NCBI RefSeq assembly: GCF_022539665.2
Contig: NC_081332.1
Location: forward strand, 5,394,001 to 5,458,000
DNA: 64,000 nucleotides
Origin: Daphnia carinata
Lineage: Eukaryota
Direction: 5' to 3'
Shown here: one piece after another, positions 28,275-39,754 of the stretch
How the letters are laid out: each line of letters opens with the position of its first letter
Numbering within the stretch: position 1 is the stretch's first letter
Program-made: the position numbers and the translations under genes
The notes under the pieces: model-generated
What the model was told of the DNA's origin: nothing
Seen by the model: only the letters and a program-made list of their open reading frames with translations
Databases searched by the model: none

Positions 28275-28908
28275 CTTTGAATTTTCCACTTCTCCTAGCA
28301 ACATTATTTAAGAACGTCTATTCCTGATTGGGGACAAAAAAAAATTAAATTCTATTTCGGTAATGATAGGTATGGCAGTGTAAAATATTTTTTGCTAATT
28401 AATTCCAGTAAATAGAACACATTCCTGAATAGCTAAACCCTCTGACATCACATGTCTTCTGCACAGGATGTAACGCGAGTTTTGATTTTGTTTCATTCGG
28501 TTCACGTAGAATGCTAAGACAGGGGTGTCTTTGGGTCACTCGCTGTGATGTCTGGTGTTCGTGTAGTTATATTTGGAAACAGAAATGTGAAAATTGGACC
28601 TGCTTAGACAACAAATCAGATAACTGTTTTGTTTTTGGTTTACGGCGGTTATCGTTGATAAAATGAGCTAGACAGATGGAATTTCATTTCGATATCAAAA
28701 TGGGAGTTGTCTTCTCGTGCATACCTTCGTGAAGTGTGGCAATTCAACGACTGGCTACAGAATTCAAACGTCACACGCAGGGAACATCCCATATTTATGT
28801 AAGGCACCCTTTACTATATGTCGCAGTTAAAATGAAAACAATTTCTTGCAAAGCTATAAAAGCAATTGAAAGTCAAATTTTCGTTACTGAGTGACTGACG
28901 ACAACACC

Positions 28909-30345
28909 ATGGAGACGATACGAAATTTTCTCGTTCTGTTGCTCGTTACTCTAGTCGTAGCAAAAAATATTCCTGACAAGGATGACGACCTGGGAAGGCT
29001 CATAGAGCCTTTTGGCCCAGGAGAATTCGCCATCAATCACACGGCATATCGACAAGCATTGAATCTCTTCCTCGACACCAACGTTGACGTTTATGCCCCA
29101 AATGCAACAGGAAACTTCCCCGTTATTTATTTCATCACAGGATTTGGAGGTATAATAACATTGTCTTAATAACGCAAGGTAATGTACGAATGTAAAACGT
29201 TGACTATTGCCATTTCAGGTATAGTACCAGCCGAAGGCCATACACTTCTTTTAACACAGATGGCCAGCCATGGGTACGTTGTGGTGTGCGTTTGGAAGTT
29301 GGGAAGCCCTGAAGATTCTTTCGATCCTGCCTGGTTCGAAGCCGCCGTAGAGTTTGTGGAAACCCGTTTGGAAAGTAACCTTCACAAACAGGAAGGTATC
29401 GTACTCTTTTTACTTTACTGGATAACCTAACTAAATAGAGAATGCTCATTAACATGAAATTGTTGTTATCAAATTCGTAAAATAGGGTATGTTTCTGATT
29501 TCCACGTCGATTATTTGCATTCGTTCCTTAGTGGCCATTCTGCTGGCACTCATGTAGCCGTCCTTCAATTCCAGGTAAAATCAGCTAATCCAGTTTGAAT
29601 TATCCAACCTCAATGCGTTCAATCTCTTTACGAACTATAGAAAAACTGTATGAATTACCAAGGCCTAATATTGATTGATGCCGTTGATGGCAACAGCCCC
29701 ATTCCGGAAAACGTTACCCTCACCGTAATCGCCCCCGGCCAAAAAGTCAATTTTACAGTTCCGACTTTACAAATTGTCACGGGACTAGACCACGTTATTG
29801 GTGAGTCAGTAGCTATCAGCTGTGATCTAATTTTTTTTTAGTAAACTAAAAGGAAATTTGTTTAACAGGTGTGTATGGATTAGCCTGCGCTCCGGAAGAG
29901 CTTAGTGGCAAACGATTTTTCGACGCAATGACGGGTCCGACTTGGTACGTCAATGCGACTGCCTATGGTCATATTGATTTGATGGATCCCGGCTACAATG
30001 ATCTCAATGATGTAGGTCCTAATTGCTGCATGTTTTCATTCTATGGCATTTATCGCAATAAGTTTATCATGATTCCTTTCGATACGTCAGGTAGTTAAAT
30101 TCTGCCCGAGTGATCCAGAAACTCCCAAGTACGATTACATTCAATTCCTTGTTGGCGAGATAGTTTCCTTCGTCAATGGCGTCCTGGATCCTGTCGGCAA
30201 CTGTGCATTGTTTGATAATTTGGAAACAACTGGTCTTGTTGGCGTCAACACAGAGAATGAATTCGCTTCCAACGGATGGCAGAGATGTTCGCCGCTCCAG
30301 TGTGTCCTTACGCCCAGTTCCTCTCCACTTTTTTCATTTTGGTAA
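28909..30345 (+). CDS. Secreted chlorophyllase-like alpha/beta hydrolase, copy 2 (tandem paralog, 6 exons)
   Basis: Same exon structure as copy 1; signal peptide; SGHSAG, LIDAVDG, YGHIDLMD. Confidence 0.82.
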
Positions 30346-33300
30346 TGAAAGAAATTTCGCGTTTACTTGTCAGTGCTTTGTTATATAATGCCAAATGCTT
30401 ATTAAATGATGTTGAAGCTGATAAATAAATTTTTTGTCAATTCTCCTTCCATTTGGAAGGTTTTGCTTTGTTTAAACCACGTAATAAATGATGTTGTGTA
30501 GTGGAAGCACGCACTTAAAGATAATAAAGTTTTGGCTGTTTTTGACAAAATTCCCACGGTCATTTCCTTCGATTTTCTTCATTTTTATTAAGCCAAATGT
30601 CAAGATAAATCCAATTTTCGTGATCAGCGATTAATTTCGAATCGGAATAATGTATTTTTAAGTAAATCTAGAATTTGAAGAAAATTGAAAAAGTCGGAAG
30701 GCTATAGCCTATGGCAATCCGTTTTACCCAAAAAAAAAAAAAAAAAAAATATCGGCCTTTTTTTTTCTATTTCACTGCTATCGCCATCTACCGGTGGGTA
30801 GGTATGGCAATCCGTTTTACCCCCCAAAAAAAATGCGAAAAAAAAAATCACACTTTTTTCTTCCCCCCCCCCCCTCGTAGCCATCTACCGGTGAGACTCG
30901 TTATTACAGGCATGTAGGCAATTTGAGTCCATTGGATCCCAATGGCAGTGAGTTGAGTAGCGTGGCTGGAGAAAAACGCGTGGCTGGAGAAAAATATTTA
31001 AAAATGGATAAGATAATAAAAGATAAGGATGGTAAGTATAAAGATTATTATATTGGTTTTGAATTATTAATTATTGTTTATTAAATCAAATTATGAACCT
31101 GCAGGCTCAATTATTGCAGCAGCACAGAATATTAGATAACAACAAAACTAAGGATGGTAATACGTAATGATTGTATTTGTGTTCTTTTATTCATTTGTGT
31201 TTTTTAGCTTAAATTTTGAGTCTACATGCTCAGTTACTGGAAAGAAACAAATTAGAACGGGACACTTTCCGAACAGTGAAGGAGGTTTTTCCAAACTCAT
31301 CCCTAACTGAACATGAGGATGAGTTGGCATTAGACGAATAAGTCAGGTACCTAAACTTTTCAAATAAGAATTCAAAATAAGTATAGAATTTTAACAAACA
31401 ATTATGTATTGTTTAGTTATTCAGTCCACCACCTTACAGTGTGTTAAATTTAAATCCTGGTAGTGCTGCACTAAAAGAATCGTTAGTAATAAGTCCATGC
31501 AGCAAAGGAACTGAACAATTGTGGGACCGTGTTTGGGCCAAAAATGGGCAAATTTGCAATAGACTAAATTCATTAATTATTTTTTTTTAATTTAGTAATT
31601 AATTCATTTGTAACTTAATTTAACTTTTTAAGAAGTGCTAATTTATAGAAACTCATTATTCTCAACGCCCAATTAAAGTCTTATTTGTCAAACAAAATAT
31701 TTGCTTTAGTCTTGTAGTGGGCTAGTCGCTAGGTGGCCCAGGTGCTGTGCTGAGCTGAGCTGCTGATGGCCACGTTTTAACATGGCGTCGTAGCGGCTGG
31801 TTATATCACGGCAGCCGAACGTGGCAGACCTTGCTTTTTGTAGGTGAAATTCAAGGGAAGAACTGCAAATATTCGGCGCCATCTTTTACGAACGATGTAG
31901 TCTGGCGAACACCTTGCCAAGGTGACCATGCATTACCTTTGAATGTATTTAAGGTATACCATTTACGTGCTTTGTAAAAGCTAGGTTTTTAACTTGTGCA
32001 TCATAACGGTTTTAAAGAGGGTAAGTTGCAAGTCGGTAGATTTGCTCCGCAGTTTCCCGGATACCAGCACCCTGCTTCGCGAGAACTACTCTACGTTGTT
32101 CTCGGGGACTTAGACGAACATCTGAATCCGATTTTGAAGAAGTCTTGCATCGATGGACACTGACAGAATATAGGTGAATAGCTAATTTTTTTTATTAGCA
32201 AGGTTCATTTGTGTTCCAACTCATTTTATTTTTCAGGAAGCTGCACATGAATGTTGGGTATTTTATCATAAGTAGAATACAGAAAGATTCTGTAGTAGTA
32301 GGTCTCTTTAGTTGGGTATTGAACTTGGCTTTGGTGTGTCTGGGGTCGGATGAGGTCTCGGTTGCATTTGATCCTACTTGTTATCTATCACTGCCAATGC
32401 TAGTCGAAAAGGAAGTACCAGTTGACCTGTATCTGGCTTACATGGATCTTTTAGCTGAAAGTTTTCTGCTTTCAAGGGATTCGAAGAGTTCGCAAAATAT
32501 TATGTCTCTAGGATTCCACAGTTTTACGTAATTCAATTGGCAAGAAACTTATACTAATTCTTGTTTTATTTTTCTAAAGGCAGATTCGTAATTGTAAAGA
32601 ATTGGGAAAGAAAATTGACGGAGGCTCAGTGCCAAAAAAATTATGGTAGTTGGAATGATGACCGAAGCTCCTCGGATTCGTTTATTTCACGCGTTATGGT
32701 ATTTAAAGAAAATAAATGTGTACCTGGGCCCCTTTGTTTCTGTGACCCGATTTCCTCTTCACTTGTGATAATTCTGCAGCGGGTCATGCAGATACTGTAA
32801 TCAGCAGAGAAGGTTGGAAGTGCGCTGCCCGGAAAGCAAATTTGGGGTAAAAGAAAAAAACTTATTCCAACTAGTAAGCCATTTCCAAATGCAACCAACA
32901 AACCAACGTTCACGTTTGTTGTTCATGTGAGAAGTTATATTTACCGCTATTGCAAGATGTTTGTTTAGGAATTACTACTGTTTTGTTTATCTGGAATGTT
33001 GTGTGGGAGTCCATCAGGAATTGCTGGTCTGCAATAAATTTGTCAGGTATATGTTAACTTTCAGCAGCAAAATGTTCTGCACTACTTGTGTTTGGTTTTC
33101 TTGGTATAGGCTAGGTGATGAAGATTAATGAATCAGAAAATGTTTTGCATGGGTGGTGAATGTTCTGACAGTTTAAACAGTTGTGATGTGGTGTATTTCA
33201 CTTCCACGCATCATGGTATTTTTATCTATCAGTTGAATTGTATGGTTAATTTTCTGTTCGTGTAACCTCATTTCCTCTTGACTCGTCTAGTAGAAGTTGG

Positions 33301-34997
33301 TGACCTGAAACAATGAACATGGAAAAATCACCTGTGCCCACGCTGACGATGATACCTGTACTGAAGTGCTGGAAACAAAAATTAATTTTCTTTACACTTT
33401 GGTTTCAGGCTATCTTTATAATTTTGTAATAGTTTTGCGTTTATTGATAAGTCCGCAACCTCTTAGCTGTTTTCCTCCTTTAGATACCGCCTGTCGACGA
33501 TTTGGCAGCCTCACACAATTAAAGACCGTATGCCAAAAATTAATAGATCCGATCTAATGTATGCAATGTATATTAATTATACCATTCAAAACAATATTCC
33601 AGGCTAAAGTGAGCTCTTCCGAGCAGAAAAGTGACGGCGTATCCATTTAATTGAAAATAGGCACAAGATAACGCACAATTGGCGTCCTTGTCACAATGGA
33701 GAAATTTTTCCGTGGAACTTATTACCGAAAAACCATTGCAACTGTTCAAAAAAAGAAAATTGTATTATCATACAGATGTTTACTAGCTAACAATCCAGAG
33801 ATACGTCAACGTGCGAAATTTTTAGATGTGAGTGAAACGCAATCAACATCCTTGGTGAACTGTGAACCCAAATTATGTATTTTCCTAGAAATATCTAGGT
33901 TTTTTGGATAAATAAATAAAAGGCAGTGAAAAAATCGGGCTCAAAAACATGTTAAATCGCTATATTTAAAAAATGCCGTTCGTTGTCTTGGTCGCTGCAT
34001 TTGTAAAAATAAAATTAAAATGGTAAAAGACAAATATAGGGGGGGGGGGGGGGGATTCACGCTATAAAAGTATGTTTAAAGAGTTCACATCAGTGCAGCT
34101 CCCGTCTCAAAAAAGCAAGATTTTCAATTTTTATGAATTTTTTGGTTGTTAATTAGAAAACAAGATGACGCTGCTGTGCCACTATTTACTTGCTGACTAT
34201 GTGGGAGCGGTGAAAGCTGTGTTCGAAAGTTTCTGTTAAATATGTCATATTCCAATCGAAAACTTAAGAAAATCTAATGGTGCTTCTGTACGTTTTCATC
34301 CCTGAGTGTGTTTTAGAAGTGAAGCCCACAGAATGCTTGGTGTTTGTGGTACATGTCTTGTTGTCACCTGTGTCAGCTGTCAAACCAGAAAACTATTAGC
34401 AACCTACTACGTTGCATTCATCAAACTATACCGACGCTCATTGAGAGGTATAAGACTAATGTTTTGTTATCAGAATCTCATTGACGGATTTTGCTTTTAA
34501 GGTTTAGCTCATGAAACTTCATTTGTAAAGAATACTTCCCGTTGAGGAATGTCACCAAAGATGCAAATCCTATGGGTAGGAATACCATACTATCGTTCTT
34601 CTACTCTTTAACCACTCGTGGTCTCCTGTCAATCGTGATCTGAGTGATGCACCATATTCATCTTCGTTGCAGTGTCAACTGTAATGACAGTCATTTTGGC
34701 AGTTGTAATCTCTACTTAGCCTACCAACGGACACAGACATGTACCTCAACACAATTTCTATTGGCATTTAGAATTTTTCTTATGCCTCATATAGTTTGCT
34801 TTTTTATTTAAATTGAACATTCAACCATAGAATTGCCAACTCTTAGCCGTCTGCTGCCTATTTGCTGGCCCTACAGTCTTTCTAGCCATCAGACAGCAGA
34901 AGTAAGTCAAATTGCTTTCAACGTTTGGTTACAACAACAATCTTGTATTTCCCACTAACTAGTTCTTTATCTTTACTTATACGATTTAGAACAAAAC

Positions 34998-35335
34998 CTT
35001 CTTCGTCTTCGCCGCGCCCGTCGTCACCTCGCCCGTCATCCCGTCTTCGCTTCGCCCGTCGTCCCGTCTTCGCTTCGCCCGTCGTCCCGTCTTCGCTTCG
35101 CCCGTCGTCCCGTCTTCGCTTCGCCCGTCGTCCCGCTTCGCCCGTCGTCCCGTCTTCGCTTCGCCCGTCGTCCCGTCTTCGCTTCGCCCGTCGCCCCGAC
35201 TTTGCATCGCCCGTCATCCCGACTTCGCCTCGCCCGTCGTCCCGTCTTCGCATCGCCCGTCGTCCCGACTTCGCCTCGCCAGTCGCCCGTCTTCGCCTCG
35301 CCCGTCGTCCCGTCTCAGCCTCGCCCATCGCCTTC
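34998..35335. repeat. GC-rich minisatellite, unit of about 23 bp (CGTCTTCGCTTCGCCCGTCGTCC), degenerate at both ends
   Basis: Directly visible tandem copies; unit length is not a multiple of 3. Confidence 0.9.
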
Positions 35336-35487
35336 GGTCTTCACCTCCCCTATCGCCCCTTCGTCACCTCGTGGTCGCCTCGTCTTCGTGGTATGGTTGT
35401 GTTTTGTTTTATGTTGTATTATGTCTTGCAAATTAACCCGTTGGCTGCCACCCACACACTTTTATCCCCTTTTTTTTGTAGCTTGAC

Positions 35488-35709
35488 AGGGACGGGCCGC
35501 GCTGTTCTGCTCCATGGTCTATCTGCCATGGGGTGGAGCAGCGCCACTGCCCAAGATTGGCCGAACGGCCCTTTAGGCAATGCACCATAGGGAATTCCCT
35601 TGAACGAGACGGCGATGTAGACCTGGGGTGTGCATTCCCGGAAAGGTCTCATCGTCAGTTTCAGCCCGGCCTACCCGGCCCCGTTGGTCGCTATCCCTTC
35701 GATAGCGAC
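35488..35709 (+). ncRNA. Candidate highly structured RNA domain with possible pseudoknot (motif copy 1)
   Basis: 19-bp stem 35499-35517/35526-35544 with 4 G-U pairs; nested stems GAGAC/GTTTC, GGCGATG/CATCGTC, AGACCT/AGGTCT; 9-bp hairpin 35687-35709; AATGCAC (35579-35585) complementary to loop GTGCATT (35630-35636). Confidence 0.6.
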
Positions 35710-35892
35710 AGTAGCAACTGTAGAATATGGTGGCGTGGCAGCCAACGAGTTAGTTGTATGTATTTGTGTGTGTATTGTATTTTGTATATTGTATTAAAAT
35801 GTATGTAATGTGGTGGATATGTGGGTGGAAGGAGGGACAATAAAAAAACTTTTACACTATTTACTTTTGTATTTATTATTTAACTACAAATT

Positions 35893-35963
35893 AACTGACA
35901 TGGGGATCGAACCCTAGTATTCCAGAATGACAACCACATGCGTTACCATGATTCCAACCATGA
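35893..35963 (-). other. Degenerate tRNA-like unit (Pol III A/B boxes)
   Basis: Minus strand TGGAATCATGGTAACGC...TTGTCAT...GGGTTCGATCCC; stems imperfect. Confidence 0.5.
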
Positions 35964-36081
35964 ACTTATAAGCAACTAACGAATATTTCTTGTTACCTAC
36001 GGACTTACATTTACACTTAGAATAAAATTGAAATGCAATGCTGCTATATTCTTTTCCACATTTATTCTGCTTCAGTTATAT

Positions 36082-36152
36082 ACATCTGATGAGGTTTGAA
36101 CCCAGTGTAACAGGTATCGCAGCTTAAGGCTCTACCACAGAGCTATGGAACT
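36082..36152 (-). other. Degenerate tRNA-like unit (Pol III A/B boxes)
   Basis: Minus strand TAGCTCTGTGGTAGAGC (intact D-arm)...GGGTTCAAACC. Confidence 0.55.
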
Positions 36153-36250
36153 TCATGAAAACTGAAGAAAGATAAGCATATAGTTGTGCAAGACTGCACA
36201 AACAGCCTAGACGATAACATAGTATATGGGATAATAAGAAGATGTAGACA

Positions 36251-36321
36251 TATCTCGTGGCTCAATGTTAGAGCATCGGCGTTGCACGCTGAAGGTCTGG
36301 GGATCGGTTCCCATACGAGTA
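36251..36321 (+). other. tRNA-Ala(TGC)-like pseudo-tRNA
   Basis: TGGCTCAATGTTAGAGC D-arm, anticodon arm TCGGC-GTTGCAC-GCTGA, AGGTC variable loop, degenerate T-arm GGGATCGGTTCCC, CTCG/CGAG partial acceptor. Confidence 0.55.
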
Positions 36322-38354
36322 AAATGAAATACAAATACAAAATTACTTCAGAAAACATTCAGGCATTATACTATGTTCCTCGAATCTAAGTTGAAGAATT
36401 CAAATAGTGTAATAAATAATAATAAAATACTTACAGATAAACGATAAACCAATGGAAACAATGCTTAACATCAAAGGTGGCAAAAACAATAAAGGTGAAT
36501 TGATCAAGCTAAATAAAAAAAAAGTTGATAAATGTAATGTGTGAACACAGACAATGAAAGAAAAAAATTTTGCAAAAAACATTTTATAAAAAAAAATTTA
36601 TTGACAATTCTCTGCACATTACAATTATTTTTGCAACTTTAAAAAGGCATAATAGCCCTTTCAAAAGTTGCCGTCAACCCAGGCAGGGGGAGACACTGCC
36701 TTGTTGACCCACCGGGGAGATTACCCGGTGATTGGCTAAGAGAAGCCGGAAGAAGAGCCGAAGATTTGGAACATTTTTACTGGAGCGATTAACCTTTAGT
36801 TCGGATTTGTGGGTAGCCACATCGCCCTCCGTGAACACATCATCGGACTAAGCGGACATCCACGTCCCCTTTCCGGCCAGAGCCCTCCAAACCTCGGTAT
36901 ATGTTATTTTTATATATACCGTACAGTAGGGGCATGACCCCCTACGGGCTTATTACGAGTCAAGGGGAAACGGGGCTACGGAAAGGAAGGGAGCCCAGAT
37001 ATGCACTTCAATTTTTTAAATATAAAATACCGTCTCGGGAATCCGAATGAAGTACAGAAATGTCATGTCATTCATCCAATCATTACAATTTATTCAGTGT
37101 CTTGCCCCAACCAAGAATCTTTTCAGATCCAATGTTACTATTAACCTATACTGAGAAAAGAAAAACAACACCATTAAGCATCTCAATTGTTGCTCATGTG
37201 ACTTACATGACTCATAGATTCAACTTCTGGCAGAAGCTTGGGAAAGGCCATACAAATTGCAGATGAAAATCATTGTATAAGGCTCTTGAATGATAAAATA
37301 GCACCCGTAGAATGTTGCATTGTTGATAGCTGTGTTCCCAGTATGCTGAAAATCTTTTCCTATTGGATAAACTTTTTTTTTTGTAGATTAGACATGGTTG
37401 GCAAAAAGGAGGAGAAATGCTTCGTCATAAATTCAAAATTTTTTCAAGAAAATTCCGTTCATACCTAAAGAGTCCATGTATGGTGTTCATCACTGCAATG
37501 CCAGCGAAGTGAAACATCTTTAAGGCCATTTAAGTACCCATCTTCACCAACACTCTGAACGTAAAGGACAAGTTGTTCTTTAGCAAGAGAAGCAGAATTA
37601 TTTGAGGCTTCTAGCTGTGACAGAACTATAAAGAATTGCTGTTATACAAGATTCATTTACACAAGATGGTACTGCTCATTAGACAATGTGCATACTCTAT
37701 TACTTTACCTCATACCTTAATGGTAATGCACTCTCAGTGTTTTTTCAACTGTAGGCTCACTCTTCCATCCTGTAACACTTCCAGACTTGACTTGATCCCC
37801 CGCTAAAATTCTGTGAATGCAAAATAATAGCATTAAAAATACTTTTTCGATAGACAAAAAACCAAAAAGTACCTAAGCCATGTTTGATGTTGAACTCATG
37901 CCATTTCTGGGATTCCGTACCACACCCCTTTTTGGCAGTCTTTATGGTAATATTAATCAAAGCCACATGTACCACTATGAAATGGATGTTGAAAAGCAAA
38001 TAAAAACCTGTTGAGATGGATATCAGGAGAATCAGAATAGATCTCAATCAACTTCAGTTATTCTTTTCCCTATAGTACTTAGTGACATAGCATAATAGAT
38101 ATACTTGCCTCAATTCAGAACCATAGACCAACGGAAAAGTACACAGAAATGTAGCTGTGAAAGCAGATCACTTTAAAACACAGGATCAGGTATAGATCAC
38201 CTAAGAGTTGACCTAAAATGGAAAGGCAAAAATATTGGGCACGATTGCAGTTTACCAAATATACTAGCAAAATAAAATAATTATCAAAGAAAAACATATG
38301 CACACTTGTGTTGCCGAATGGGTAAGTTTGATGCAATCTATGGCACTCCGTTTC

Positions 38355-38926
38355 TACAGCTATGGCCATCTATCGCCCGGATTCCTATTTAATTTTCTAA
38401 ATACAACTTTACGCATTCTAGCCATATAAATATATAATTTTTTTTATTAATAACTTTATTTGATTAAAATACAACTATAAAATAATTATTTTGTTATATT
38501 CTACTTACTTTACTTAATTATTATTAATATGAACTATTAACTTTCCATTTTGTACTGCAGCAATAAATGTAATTCTAATAACAATTAGAATGATTGCCTG
38601 TTTTAGGTATAAATAATGTTTGACTAATATAAAGTTGTTATTGTGTATTATTTTTATACCGCAACAATCAGCAACGACTTTATATTACTCAAACATATTA
38701 TTTATACCTAACACAAGCAATCATTCTAATTGTTATTAGAATTACATTCATTATGTTTTCTGCAGTACAAAATGGAAAGTTAGTAGTTAATAGTAATTAT
38801 TGTATAGTTTTATTTTATTCAAATAAAGTTATTAATAAAAAAATTATATATTTAGATGGCTAGAATGCGTAAAGTTGTATTTAGAAAATTAAATAGGAAT
38901 CCGGGCGATAGATAGCCATAGCTGTA
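38355..38926. repeat. About 570-bp imperfect AT-rich palindrome abutting and overlapping the right TIR
   Basis: TACAGCTATGGCCATCTATCGCCCGGATTCCTATTTAATTTTCTAAATACAACTTTACGCATTCTAGCCAT... is mirrored by ...ATGGCTAGAATGCGTAAAGTTGTATTTAGAAAATTAAATAGGAATCCGGGCGATAGATAGCCATAGCTGTA; symmetry continues to a centre near 38650. Confidence 0.92.
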
Positions 38927-39754
38927 AAAAAGAAAAAAAGGCCGAAATTTTTTTTTATTTTTTGGGGTAAAACGGATTGCCATAGAAAATATTATATTTC
39001 TTCCAACTACACATTTTAACAGCAAGTGCCCGGAGCTCCGCGCCTTTCTGCTAGCTCATACGTAAATGGGTAAAATATAGAAATTGATGGTCTAAATATG
39101 AGTAGTGAATACACTAATGGATTAGATCCACAGCGTTAATCATAACTTATACTACTCAGCTCGCAAATTTAAGAAAACGTTTTCTTCTCTCCTGCCTCAT
39201 CCACCTTTCCCGTCGTTTTTAATACTGCAACTTCGTTGAACTTTGTAAAAAAAAAGAGCATGATAACAGCTATTCACTTTTCTGTTTTAAAAAGAAGAGG
39301 TTAGCGAGTCGCGTAAAACGGAGAAATTTTAGAATGTGAATGTACTAGGTTGATACTGCAGAGGAAATGAGGAGATAGTCCTGATGAACGTGACTAAACA
39401 GTGCGAGCCAAACGTGACTATCACGTGCGGAGGCGTCTTTCGGGTAACATAATGACTGTATAAAAGCCAGATGTCCTTTCTAATTGACCACTTTCTTGAC
39501 GATACGAGTAAAAGTAAAAATAAAAATGAAAGTATACAGCAATCTGAATTTAATCCACTGCCAATTCACCTATCAACTTGCGAACAATCTGAGCATCCAG
39601 ATATAAACAAGAGAGGTGGGGTTTAACAACTATCCTTTCGCTATAAATTCAACGAAAAGAGTCCTTTGAAGATCAAACCAAAAATCTAAGCCACTACAGC
39701 TGTTGGGCAAACCGTGAGTTACCGTACATCATACTGGAACCTTAGAAAAACGAC

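Larger units (their letters stand above)
30709..38985. mobile_element. About 8.3-kb TIR-bounded, apparently non-autonomous DNA transposon-like element
   Basis: Left CTATGGCAATCCGTTTTACCC-A-run-TCGGCCTTTTTTTT at 30709; reverse complement [38 protein letters not shown] ending 38985; imperfect TIR of about 85 bp; AT or TA 2-bp TSD both fit; only stop-riddled exon-like remnants inside. Confidence 0.8.

Noticed and set aside
34998..35335. CRISPR-like array
   Set aside because: Units are contiguous with no unique spacers; eukaryotic context and no cas genes.
34918..35590. Arg/Ser/Pro-rich ORFs on both strands
   Set aside because: Arise from a stop-free 23-bp repeat cycling through frames; non-ATG starts.
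35640..35650. GGAAAGGTCT resembling the RNase P CR-I motif
   Set aside because: Lies near the 3' end of the domain, paired in a local stem, with no downstream CR-V partner found.
37100..38340. Transposase gene within the TIR element
   Set aside because: Exon-like pieces contain multiple stops and no motif I could recognise; left unassigned.
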